Shown here: piece after piece, positions 1 to 9,417 of the stretch
How positions within the stretch are numbered: the stretch's first letter is position 1
Layout of the letters: the number at the start of each line of letters is the position of its first letter
Origin: an uncultured Clostridia bacterium
GTDB lineage: Bacteria > Bacillota > Clostridia > TANB77 > CAG-508
Length of the DNA: 64,000 bases
Direction: 5' to 3'
Assembly: GCA_910589185.1 (NCBI GenBank)
Contig: CAJUSU010000002.1
Coordinates: 1,831-65,830 of the forward strand
Program-made: the position numbers and the translations under genes
Notes under the pieces: model-generated
What the model was told of the DNA's origin: nothing
The model's input: the letters and a program-made list of their open reading frames with translations, nothing else
Databases searched by the model: none

Positions 1-2
1 TT

Positions 3-296
3 ATAAGGTGCAATAATAAAAAGATAAATAATGAATTTTTAAGGTGGTTTTTAGACAGTAAGGAATCGAGTAGACAATTAGAAACAATTATTATCGGAAC
101 TGTGGTCAAATCAATTCCAGTTGCTAAACTAAGGTTAATAGAAATTCCAAATGTAACATTTAAAGAACAAGAAAAAATATCAAAATTGATTTATAGTTGG
201 AATAAACAAAAAAAATTATACAATCAAATGATAATAGAAAAAGATAATTATTATAATTCAATAGTAAATAAAGTAATAAATGGAGGTAAAAAATAA
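3..296 (+). CDS. hsdS: Type I R-M specificity subunit HsdS, C-terminal part (5' end outside window)
   Basis: The frame is open from the window edge and reads ...NNEFLRWFLDSKESSRQLETIIIGTVVKSIPVAKLRLIEIPNVTFKEQEKISKLI.... This is the typical end of an HsdS target-recognition domain plus the conserved EQxxI helix. Stop TAA 294-296 lies directly before the hsdM start. Confidence 0.7.
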   Translation: MRCNNKKINNEFLRWFLDSKESSRQLETIIIGTVVKSIPVAKLRLIEIPNVTFKEQEKISKLIYSWNKQKKLYNQMIIEKDNYYNSIVNKVINGGKK

Positions 297-297
297 A

Positions 298-1848
298 ATG
301 AATGAAAAACAATTACAAGATAAAATAAATGGAATAATTTGGTCAGCTTGTGATACTTTAAGAAGTAGTATACCTGGAGGAAATTACAAAGATTATGCAT
401 TAGTAATGCTTTTTGTTAAATATTTAAGTGATACATATAAAGAAGAAAAAGAAAAAGCAAATGAAATGTACAATGGAAATGAACAAATGATAGAAAGATA
501 CCTTTCTAGGAGCAAATTTATATTAAAGGAAGAATGCACATTTGATTATCTATATAATAAAAGAAATGAAGATAATATAGGTGAAATTATAAATAAAGCA
601 TTAGAAACAATAACAACTTTAAATGGTGTTAAATTATTAAATTTGTTTGCAGGTGTTGATTTTAATAGTGAAGTTGTATTTGGAAAAAAGAAAGAAAAAA
701 ATGCAATATTAAAAACGTTATTATCTGATTTTAATAATAAAGACATTGATTTAAGACCATCTAAAATAGGAAATTTGGATGTAATAGGAAATACTTATGA
801 ATACTTAATAGCAAGATTTGCAGGAGATTCAGGTAAAAAAGGTGGAGAATTTTATACACCAGCAGAAGTATCTACATTACTTGCGAAGTTAGTTGAACCC
901 AAAGAAGATGACAGAATTTATGATCCAGCATGTGGTTCAGGTTCATTATTACTAAAAGCATCTAAAGAAGTTAAAGATAAAAAAGTTAGTGTATATGGAC
1001 AAGAAAGTAATAGTTCAACTTATAATTTATGCAGAATGAATATGTTTTTACATGGTGTTAATGATGCTCATATTGAATGGGGAGATACTTTAGCTAATCC
1101 ATTACATTTAGAACATGATGATTTAATGAAATTCGATGTAATAGTATCTAATCCACCATTTTCATTAGATAAGTGGGCAAAAGGATTCGAGTCTGCAAAT
1201 TCAACAATTATTGATGATGGTAAAAAGAAAAATACATTTAAAATGGAAGCTTCAATGGATTCATATAATAGATTTGAATATGGAGTTCCACCAAAAAGTA
1301 TAGGGGATTATGCATTTATAGAGCATATGTTAAAAAGTTTAGCTGAAGATGGAAGAATGGCGGTTGTATTACCTCATGGAGCTTTATTTAGAGGAGCATC
1401 AGAAGGATTAATTAGACAAAGAATTTTAGAAGATAATTTAATTGATGCTGTTATAGGATTGCCAGAGAATTTATTTTATGGAGTTTCAATACCAGCTACA
1501 ATAGTTGTATTTAAAAAGAATAGGACTAGAAAAGATGTATTATTTATTGAAGCAAGTCGTGAATATGAAAAGGGGAAAAATCAAAATACATTAACAAAAG
1601 AAAATATTCAAAAAATATTAGAAATATATAAGAATTACAAAGAAATTGAAAAATATTCTTACATTGCAACTATGGATGAGATCAAAGAAAACGAGTACAA
1701 CTTAAATATAAAAAGATATGTGGATACTTTTGAAGAGGAAGAAGAAATTGATATAGAAGAAACAAAGAAAAATATAGAAAAAATTAATGAAGAACTTCAA
1801 GTATTAGAAAAAGAATTACAAGAATCATTGAAAGAATTAGGATTATAG
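298..1848 (+). CDS. hsdM: Type I R-M N6-adenine DNA methyltransferase HsdM
   Basis: GGAGG RBS then ATG at 298 (the track ORF starts at 280). SAM-binding motif IYDPACGSGSLL, catalytic NPPF (VSNPPFSL), and an N-terminal HsdM-type helical domain. Confidence 0.92.
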   Translation: MNEKQLQDKINGIIWSACDTLRSSIPGGNYKDYALVMLFVKYLSDTYKEEKEKANEMYNGNEQMIERYLSRSKFILKEECTFDYLYNKRNEDNIGEIINKALETITTLNGVKLLNLFAGVDFNSEVVFGKKKEKNAILKTLLSDFNNKDIDLRPSKIGNLDVIGNTYEYLIARFAGDSGKKGGEFYTPAEVSTLLAKLVEPKEDDRIYDPACGSGSLLLKASKEVKDKKVSVYGQESNSSTYNLCRMNMFLHGVNDAHIEWGDTLANPLHLEHDDLMKFDVIVSNPPFSLDKWAKGFESANSTIIDDGKKKNTFKMEASMDSYNRFEYGVPPKSIGDYAFIEHMLKSLAEDGRMAVVLPHGALFRGASEGLIRQRILEDNLIDAVIGLPENLFYGVSIPATIVVFKKNRTRKDVLFIEASREYEKGKNQNTLTKENIQKILEIYKNYKEIEKYSYIATMDEIKENEYNLNIKRYVDTFEEEEEIDIEETKKNIEKINEELQVLEKELQESLKELGL

Positions 1849-1855
1849 AAGGAGA

Positions 1856-2753
1856 ATGATAGGGCAGTCATAAATGGGAAGAAAATAGAAATACATTTAA
1901 AAGGTGGATTTTCTGAAAGAAAGGGAATAAAACATTTTCCTGATATAGTACAAGTAGATAGTTTAAATGAAAGAACAAGAAATAAGATCTATTCAGTAAT
2001 AAGTGAAAAATTCGATGAGTTATATATTGATTATAGTAATGCTTTAAAAGATAAATTTATAGAATATCTATACAAAGAATTGTTTTCAAAAACAGAAAGA
2101 GATATTCCAATGTGGGGAAATGATTAGGACTATAGTGAAATTTTCAATACAATATACGCAATCATTATAGAATATGATTATACAGACGTATTTACATTTA
2201 TTGAGGGTATTATTACATTTTTTGTTGTTGCAGATAAGATTACATATAATAGATATAATTATAAAAATGAATATATAGAATCCACTTCAAATGTATTCAA
2301 AAATGAGATGTAAACTATAAAATTATAAATAACAAAGTAACTGATATAGTTGATGAACAACAGATAAATAGCATCGAAGAAACATTAAATAATCCATACA
2401 AAGAAGTTTCAGTTCATTATGCTAAAGCAATAGAACAATTATATAGTGTTAAAGACTTTGATAATTCTATTAAAGAGTCTATATCATCAGTAGAATCAAT
2501 GTGCCAAATAATAACCCAAAATAATAAAGCTACATTGGGAGATGCATTAAAATTATTGAAAGATAAGATACATCCAGCATTAAAAAGTGCTTTTGAAAAA
2601 TTATATGGATATACAAGTGATGCAAATGGAATAAGACATGCAAATGGATTAGGTGAAGGAAATTTAACATTTGAAGAAGCTAAATATATGCTAATTAGTT
2701 GTTCTGCATTTGCAAATTATTTAAAAGGAAATATGAGGAATAAAAATGAATAA
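1856..2753 (+). pseudogene. AbiJ-like abortive-infection gene (AbiJ N-terminal domain plus C-terminal HEPN-like domain), decayed
   Basis: Frame 1 reads GGFSERKGIKHFPDIVQVDSLNERTRNKIYSVISEKF... (AbiJ-NTD-like). It is interrupted by an in-frame TAG at 2125-2127 and terminates at about 2311. The reading continues in another frame as NYKIINNKVTDIVDEQ...GYTSDANGIRHANGLGEGNLTFEEAKYMLISCSAFANYL (HEPN-like end; track ORF 2499-2753). No clean start codon. Confidence 0.6.
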
Positions 2754-4254
2754 ATTGTTTTCAGAAGGATTTGAAATTGAATCAAATATAATAGAAGAAT
2801 ATGGAGCTGTTGATATATCATTAGTGTGTGATATACCATTATTCATAGATCCTTTATTGATATTTAATAGTTCAAAAGATAAATATAAAGAATTGCACGA
2901 TGAAATAATAAAATATTTTCACTTTTTGGCTAGAAAAGCTGAAAAAGAATTAAGCGAATCAGAAATAAAAACGTGGTTTACGTTCAAAGAAGTTTGTAAT
3001 AATTGGTTAGGATATTCTTTGGAAGGAAATAAAGGTTCTGCATTAAATATGGAATTTGCCAGAATTTTATATAAAAATATAGGATTTGTTTTAAATAACA
3101 ATGATATATCTAAAGGAAAGCATGCTGAAAAAATAATGTTACTTTATGATAAAAGTGGAAGAGATAAGATTAGTGATATGACTGTAAATTTAATTAAAGG
3201 TTATCTATGTGAATATACAGAGAAATTTGCTAAGACATATTTAATAGATAAGAATTGTAAAAAAATAATTGTAGATAAAGCAGGATTTAACTACGATACA
3301 GAAACTTTCTTTTCTAATGAATATTATCTTCCTTTTATTATAAATGAAAAGGGAAAAGAAGAGTATATATTATTGACACCAAAAGATATGCTAAGAGAGG
3401 AAGAACCATCGATAAATAAAAATGATTTTGTTAATAGTTTTGATAGAGTATTAAATGTAATAGATAATGATGTTTTAAGAGTTCAAGTAGATAACTATAT
3501 ACAAATTGCTATTGCTAAATATGAAGAAAAAATGCGAAGAGAAAAAAAGAAACCAAAAGAAAAAGAAATAAATAAAATAAAAATGAAAAATTTTGGAGAT
3601 ATTGCAAAAGAAAATCCTATTTTATATGATTATTATATAAAACTAAAAGAACAAGATGCTGAAGAAATACAGAAGGAATGTTTAAAGGAAGTTAATGAGC
3701 AACTGTCAAAATTAATTGAGAATGCTAAATCTTTTTGTAGTATTGTAAAAGACTTAGGGTATATTGCTAATGAAAGTATCTCAGCTAAAGATGAGTCAAG
3801 GGAAAGAATTAAATTTTTTAAGCATGTTATAGAAGATTGCGATGCATATAAAAATTTATATTATAATGGGAAAAGAATAGCAAAAGAAGATGATTTAAAT
3901 AGAATGTTTAGATTTGTGTGGATGAATAGTAAGTTTAAAGCAGATTTTGAAACTAATAATGGTAGAGGAGAAGCTGATGTTGTTGTATCAAAAGGAAGTG
4001 ATAATCAATGTGTTGCAGAATTTAAACTTGCAAGTAATACACGTGGGTTGAAGAAAGTGTTTGAACAAGCAGAGATATATTGTAAAGCTAATGGATGTAC
4101 AGAAAAAATAATAGTTGTATTTTACTTTGAAGAAAAGGAATATGAAAATATTCAGAAATGGATAAATGAAAATAATTTAGGAAAGCTTGTTAATCAAGAC
4201 ATATTTTTAATTGATTGCAGAGATGATAATAAATTATCAGGTTCTAAATTGTAA
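2746..4254 (+). CDS. Hypothetical 502-aa protein with a C-terminal PD-(D/E)xK-like nuclease motif, nested in the type I R-M operon
   Basis: Intact ORF that overlaps the AbiJ remnant by 8 nt. The C-terminus reads GRGEADVVVSKGSDNQCVAEFKLASN (D...ExK spacing, nt 3961-4030), comparable to the HsdR N-terminal nuclease motif in this window. I do not recognise the N-terminal ~380 aa. Confidence 0.5.
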   Translation: MNKLFSEGFEIESNIIEEYGAVDISLVCDIPLFIDPLLIFNSSKDKYKELHDEIIKYFHFLARKAEKELSESEIKTWFTFKEVCNNWLGYSLEGNKGSALNMEFARILYKNIGFVLNNNDISKGKHAEKIMLLYDKSGRDKISDMTVNLIKGYLCEYTEKFAKTYLIDKNCKKIIVDKAGFNYDTETFFSNEYYLPFIINEKGKEEYILLTPKDMLREEEPSINKNDFVNSFDRVLNVIDNDVLRVQVDNYIQIAIAKYEEKMRREKKKPKEKEINKIKMKNFGDIAKENPILYDYYIKLKEQDAEEIQKECLKEVNEQLSKLIENAKSFCSIVKDLGYIANESISAKDESRERIKFFKHVIEDCDAYKNLYYNGKRIAKEDDLNRMFRFVWMNSKFKADFETNNGRGEADVVVSKGSDNQCVAEFKLASNTRGLKKVFEQAEIYCKANGCTEKIIVVFYFEEKEYENIQKWINENNLGKLVNQDIFLIDCRDDNKLSGSKL

Positions 4255-4272
4255 AAAAGTAGGAGTAATAAA

Positions 4273-5490
4273 ATGAATAAAGAAATAATTCCAAAAGATT
4301 GGAAAAGAATAAAACTAAAAGAAGTTTTAACTGAAGTAACTGAAAGAAATAAGGAAGAAAAAGTAAAAAAAGTTTTGAGTGTTACTAATTCACAAGGGTT
4401 TGTAAATCAAGATGAATATTTCGAAGGAACTGTGCATAGTGCAGATATATCTAACTATAAGATAGTAAGAAAAAATCAATTTGCATATAATCCTTCAAGA
4501 GTAAATGTTGGTTCGATTGACATACTTGAGGATTATGATGAAGGAGCTTTAAGCCCAATGTATGTGGTTTTCGAGGTAGATAAAGATAAGCTATTGCCTG
4601 AGTATTTTAAGTATTATTTTAAGACTCAAAGATTTTATGAAAATGTAAAAAATAATACTCAAGGAAGTGTAAGAAATAGTTTGAGCTTTAAAGCTCTAAC
4701 TGATTTTGAGTATTTACTACCACCAATAAAAGAACAAGAAAAAATCGTTAACATATTGTATAATATAGACAGAATTTTATTGGTGATTGATTCTAATATA
4801 AATAGTGTTATTTTAGAAAAAAATAACATTATAGATGAAACACTAAATGATAATAATTGCATAGAAAAGACTTTTAATCAATTAATTGATAAAAAAATAA
4901 TTGAAGATATAATGGATGGAAATCATGGAGAACTTCATCCAAAATCATCAGATTATGTAGATAGAGGAATTCCTTTTATAATGGCAAATAATATACATGA
5001 TGGAATTCTAGATGTATTAAATTGTGTATATTTAAAGAAGGAACAAACAGATAAATTAAGAAAGGGTTTTGCTAAAAAAGGAGATATTTTATTAACGCAC
5101 AAAGGAACAATTGGAAATGTAGGATTCGTACCATATAACATAGAATATGATTACATTATGTTAACTCCACAAGTGACATATTATAGAGTATCTAGCAACA
5201 ATAAAGTTTTACATAAAAGTTTTGTGTATTATTATTTACAAAGTAGTGAGTTTCAGAGAAAAATAAAGCTATTATCTATGCAATCAACTAGAGCATATAT
5301 TGGGATAACAGAGCAGAAAAAATTGAAAATAAAAATTCCAAAATATGAAAAACAAACTCAAATATGTAAAATTTTAAATAGAATAGATCACAAAATAATG
5401 TTAATGCATGAAAAAAAACAAAATTATCAAAAACTAGAAAAAGGATTAATACAACAATTATTAACTGGAAAAGTTAGAGTAAAAATATAA
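4273..5490 (+). CDS. hsdS: Type I R-M specificity subunit HsdS (two TRDs)
   Basis: 405 aa with two variable halves, each followed by a conserved helix (LPPIKEQEKIVNIL and IPKYEKQTQICKIL). C-terminal LLTGKVRV. Lies between hsdM and hsdR. Confidence 0.9.
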   Translation: MNKEIIPKDWKRIKLKEVLTEVTERNKEEKVKKVLSVTNSQGFVNQDEYFEGTVHSADISNYKIVRKNQFAYNPSRVNVGSIDILEDYDEGALSPMYVVFEVDKDKLLPEYFKYYFKTQRFYENVKNNTQGSVRNSLSFKALTDFEYLLPPIKEQEKIVNILYNIDRILLVIDSNINSVILEKNNIIDETLNDNNCIEKTFNQLIDKKIIEDIMDGNHGELHPKSSDYVDRGIPFIMANNIHDGILDVLNCVYLKKEQTDKLRKGFAKKGDILLTHKGTIGNVGFVPYNIEYDYIMLTPQVTYYRVSSNNKVLHKSFVYYYLQSSEFQRKIKLLSMQSTRAYIGITEQKKLKIKIPKYEKQTQICKILNRIDHKIMLMHEKKQNYQKLEKGLIQQLLTGKVRVKI

Positions 5491-5514
5491 ATTTAATTTA
5501 TGGGGGCAAATTAA

Positions 5515-8500
5515 ATGGGAGAAAAGATACCAGTAGCTAATGAAATGTCTACAAGTCAAAGACCAGCTATAGAAGTATTACAAAAATTAGGATATAAATA
5601 CATATCAGAAGAGGAAAATAAAAATTTAAGAAATAATATTTTAACAGATGTAATATTTAAAGATATATTAGCTAAAAAATTAAATGAAATAAATAGTTAT
5701 GAATATAAAGGGGAAAAATATAAATTTTCAGCAAGTACTATAGGACAAGCAATTAAAGATTTAAATGAAGATTTAGTAACTGGGCTTATTAGTACAAATG
5801 AAAAAATATATGATTTATTAACATTGGGAAAATCTTATCAAGAAAATATGGTAGATGGAACAAAAAGGTCATTTGATATAAAATATATGGATTTTGAACA
5901 TCCTGAAAATAATGATTTTTATGTTACAGAAGAATTTTCAGTGTTAAGAATGAATGGTAAAGATTATGCAAGACCAGATATTGTTTTATTTGTAAATGGT
6001 ATACCATTAGCTGTAATAGAGTGTAAAGATGCATCAGTACCAATCATTCAAGCTATTTCCCAAAATATAAGAAATCAAAAGCCAGACTATATTCCTCAGC
6101 TATTTAAATTTATACAAATAGTTATGGCAGCGAATAAAAATGAAACAAAATATGCCACATGTGGTACACCAGATAAGTTTTGGTCAACATGGAATGAACA
6201 ATATGTAGAAAAGCAAAAGGAATTATTCAATAAAACTGTAATGGGGAGGCAGGTAACTAAGCAAGATAGAGATATAATTTCACTATTTGAAAAAGAAAGA
6301 TTTTTAGAATTGATAAAAGACTTTATCATTTTTGAAGCGGGAAAAAAGAAAATATGCAGATATCAACAATATTTTGCTGTAAAAGCAATGCTGGAAAGAA
6401 TAAAAAAAGACAAAAAGGGTGGAGTCGTTTGGCATACACAAGGTTCGGGTAAATCTATAACAATGGTATATATAACGAAAAAATTAATGGAAGATAAGGG
6501 AATACGAAACCCACAAGTAGTTATAGCCACAGACAGGGTGGACTTGGATAAGCAAATTCATAAAACATTTAATAGAATTGGAGTAGAAGCAGCAAGAGCA
6601 TCAACAGGAAACAATCTAACAGAACTAATTAAAAATGAAAAAGTAAGAGTGATAACAACTGTTATCAATAAATTCGAAACAGTAGTAAAGTCAGGAATAT
6701 CAGTAGATACACCCAATACATTTATATTAGTTGATGAGGGACATAGAACTCAATATGGTGAGATAAATAGAAGAATGCAAGAAGTATTTAAAGGGGCAAT
6801 ATATATTTCATTTACAGGAACGCCTATTATGAAAAAAGATAAAAATATCTTTGATAAATTTGGAGGATTAATACATAAATATTCTTTAGATGATGCTTTG
6901 AAAGATAAAGCTATAGTACCATTGGTCTATGAAGGAAAAATGGTTGATCAAGAGGTTTCAAAAGATGCTATTGATATGAGACTAGATATGTTAACAAGAA
7001 ACCTTACAGAAGAACAAAAAATGGATGTAATGAAAAAATGGAGTAGATTTGAAAAAGTTGCTTCATCTGAACAAAGATTGGAATTGATTGCATGGGATAT
7101 AGCAAGTAATTATAATCAAACATTAAAAGGAACAGGTTTTAATAGCATTCTGGCATGTAACAAAAAAGTAGAAGCAGTAAAATATTATAACATTTTTAAA
7201 GATGAATTTCCTGAATTAGAAGTTGCAGTAGTAATATCTGCTCCAGATATGAGAGAAGGAGAAGGAAGTATTGATGAAGATACAAATGATATTGTGAAGA
7301 AATTTTATATAAATGCTATTTCAAATTATAAAAATGAAGAAGAATATGAAGAAACTATAAAATATAAATTTATAAATGGAGATATAGACATACTAATAGT
7401 TGTAGATAAACTACTTACAGGATTTGATGCACCAAAAGCTTCAACATTATATTTAGATAAGCAAATAAAAGAACATAATTTATTACAAGCTATAGCAAGA
7501 ATAAATAGGCTTTGTGATGGAAAAGATTATGGTTATATAGTTGATTATAGAGGACTTTTAGGAGAATTAGATAAAGCATTAACAATGTATCAAGAAGCGG
7601 GGTTAGAAGAATTTAATGAAGAAGATATTAAATCATCTGTTTATTACATTGATACAGAAATAAATAATATGTTTGAAGCATATGAAGGACTTAAAGAGTT
7701 ATTTAAAAATATAAAGAATAAAAATGATTTAGAAGAATATGAAATACTTCTAGAAGATGAAGAAATAAGAAAAGATTTTTATAATAAACTATGCAAATTT
7801 GGAAGTATGTTAGGTGTAATTTTACCAAGTGACCAAGCTTATTACAAAGTTGGAAAAGAAAAAATAAGTGAATTAAGAAAAGCATTAGCTTTTTACCAAA
7901 AATTAAGAGCAATAGTAAAATTAAGATACTCTGAGACTATAGATCATAAAGAATATGAAGCCAAGATGCAAAAATTATTAGATAATTATGTAGTTGCAAA
8001 AGAAATGATGAGAATAACAGAACCAGTAGATATAACAGATGCAGAAAATTTTGATAAAGAATTAGAAAAGATGGGTACAGATAGAGGAAAAGCAGATAGT
8101 ATTAGGACAAGGTTAACAAGAACTATTAGTGAAAAATCAAAAGAAGACCCAGCATACTATAAGAAATTTTCTACAAGAATTGAAGAAACTATTGAAGCAT
8201 ACAGGAACAGAAGAATTACAGACGGTGAATACCTACAAAAAATGCAAGATATTAAAGAAGACTTTAGAAAAGGAAATTCTGGAATAAGTTATCCAACTAA
8301 TATAACAACGGAAAATTCAAGAGCTTTTTATGGAGTTATATATGACAAATTAATTCCAAGAATGAAAGAAAATGCTAATATAGAAGAAATAGGAGAAATT
8401 GCTTTAACTATTCAAAAAGAGATTGAAAGTAAAATAAAAAGAGATTGGCATTATAATACAGATATTCATAATGAAATTGCTCAAGCAATAGATGATACAA

Positions 8501-8598
8501 TATTCATGTATGTAACACGAAAAAGTATTAATTTAGACCTTGAAGAATTAGACAAACTAATAGAAGAAATTATAAATATAGCACTAATGAAATACTAA
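5515..8598 (+). CDS. hsdR: Type I restriction enzyme R subunit HsdR
   Basis: 1,027 aa. N-terminal PD-(D/E)xK motif (RPDIVLFVNGIPLAVIECK), Walker A HTQGSGKS, DEGHR box, and helicase C-terminal motifs (TGFDAP, QAIARINR). Confidence 0.93.
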   Translation: MGEKIPVANEMSTSQRPAIEVLQKLGYKYISEEENKNLRNNILTDVIFKDILAKKLNEINSYEYKGEKYKFSASTIGQAIKDLNEDLVTGLISTNEKIYDLLTLGKSYQENMVDGTKRSFDIKYMDFEHPENNDFYVTEEFSVLRMNGKDYARPDIVLFVNGIPLAVIECKDASVPIIQAISQNIRNQKPDYIPQLFKFIQIVMAANKNETKYATCGTPDKFWSTWNEQYVEKQKELFNKTVMGRQVTKQDRDIISLFEKERFLELIKDFIIFEAGKKKICRYQQYFAVKAMLERIKKDKKGGVVWHTQGSGKSITMVYITKKLMEDKGIRNPQVVIATDRVDLDKQIHKTFNRIGVEAARASTGNNLTELIKNEKVRVITTVINKFETVVKSGISVDTPNTFILVDEGHRTQYGEINRRMQEVFKGAIYISFTGTPIMKKDKNIFDKFGGLIHKYSLDDALKDKAIVPLVYEGKMVDQEVSKDAIDMRLDMLTRNLTEEQKMDVMKKWSRFEKVASSEQRLELIAWDIASNYNQTLKGTGFNSILACNKKVEAVKYYNIFKDEFPELEVAVVISAPDMREGEGSIDEDTNDIVKKFYINAISNYKNEEEYEETIKYKFINGDIDILIVVDKLLTGFDAPKASTLYLDKQIKEHNLLQAIARINRLCDGKDYGYIVDYRGLLGELDKALTMYQEAGLEEFNEEDIKSSVYYIDTEINNMFEAYEGLKELFKNIKNKNDLEEYEILLEDEEIRKDFYNKLCKFGSMLGVILPSDQAYYKVGKEKISELRKALAFYQKLRAIVKLRYSETIDHKEYEAKMQKLLDNYVVAKEMMRITEPVDITDAENFDKELEKMGTDRGKADSIRTRLTRTISEKSKEDPAYYKKFSTRIEETIEAYRNRRITDGEYLQKMQDIKEDFRKGNSGISYPTNITTENSRAFYGVIYDKLIPRMKENANIEEIGEIALTIQKEIESKIKRDWHYNTDIHNEIAQAIDDTIFMYVTRKSINLDLEELDKLIEEIINIALMKY

Positions 8599-8618
8599 TT
8601 ATCTAGAAAGGATGAAAT

Positions 8619-9344
8619 ATGGAAAAGGATTTTATTGAATCTAATGGAGAGAAGATATATTTTTATGTTCAAAGAAAAAATATTAAGAATATTAATCTAA
8701 AAGTGAACATAGATAAAAAAGTAACTTTATCAATACCTATGAAAATGCCATTAGATAAAGCAAAAGACTTTGTCAAGAAAAAAGCAAATTGGATAAAAAA
8801 ACAACAAGACTTTTATGATACATTTGCAGAACAAAGAGAAAATATAACTTTTGAAGATGGAGAAACAGTTTACTTATTAGGAAAGCAATATAAAATGAAA
8901 GTTATTTCAGATAATTATAACAAGATTGTTATAAATAATAAATATATTGAAATCCATATAAAAGAAAAATATATAGCAAATAAAACTTATATAAAAAAAG
9001 TTTATGAAAAATGGTTAAAACAATATGCTTTGGATGTTCTAGAATATATGGTGATAAAATATCAAAAAACATTAAAAAAATATGGTATAAAAATTCCTAA
9101 AATAGAAGTAAGACAGATGAAAACAAGATGGGGAAGTTGTATACCAGCATGTAATAAGGTTATATTTAATTTGAATTTAATAAAGACTCCAATGTGTTGC
9201 ATTGAATATGTTGTTTTACATGAATTATCTCATTTTAAACATCAAAATCATAGTAAAAATTTTTATAATTTTATTACAATATTCATGCCGGATTGGAAAG
9301 AGCGTAAGAAAATATTAGATGAAGAATTTATGGGAGTAGTATAG
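8619..9344 (+). CDS. DUF45/YgjP-like (M48-type) zinc metallopeptidase
   Basis: HExxH motif in VVLHELSHFKHQNHSKNF near the C-terminus. 241 aa, typical size for the family. Sits directly after hsdR, a common position for it. Confidence 0.75.
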   Translation: MEKDFIESNGEKIYFYVQRKNIKNINLKVNIDKKVTLSIPMKMPLDKAKDFVKKKANWIKKQQDFYDTFAEQRENITFEDGETVYLLGKQYKMKVISDNYNKIVINNKYIEIHIKEKYIANKTYIKKVYEKWLKQYALDVLEYMVIKYQKTLKKYGIKIPKIEVRQMKTRWGSCIPACNKVIFNLNLIKTPMCCIEYVVLHELSHFKHQNHSKNFYNFITIFMPDWKERKKILDEEFMGVV

Positions 9345-9417
9345 CGTATGAATAACTTTAAAGAATTTTTGGAAATACCAAAAAAATAAATAATTGTATT
9401 TTTTGGGGGAAAGAATT

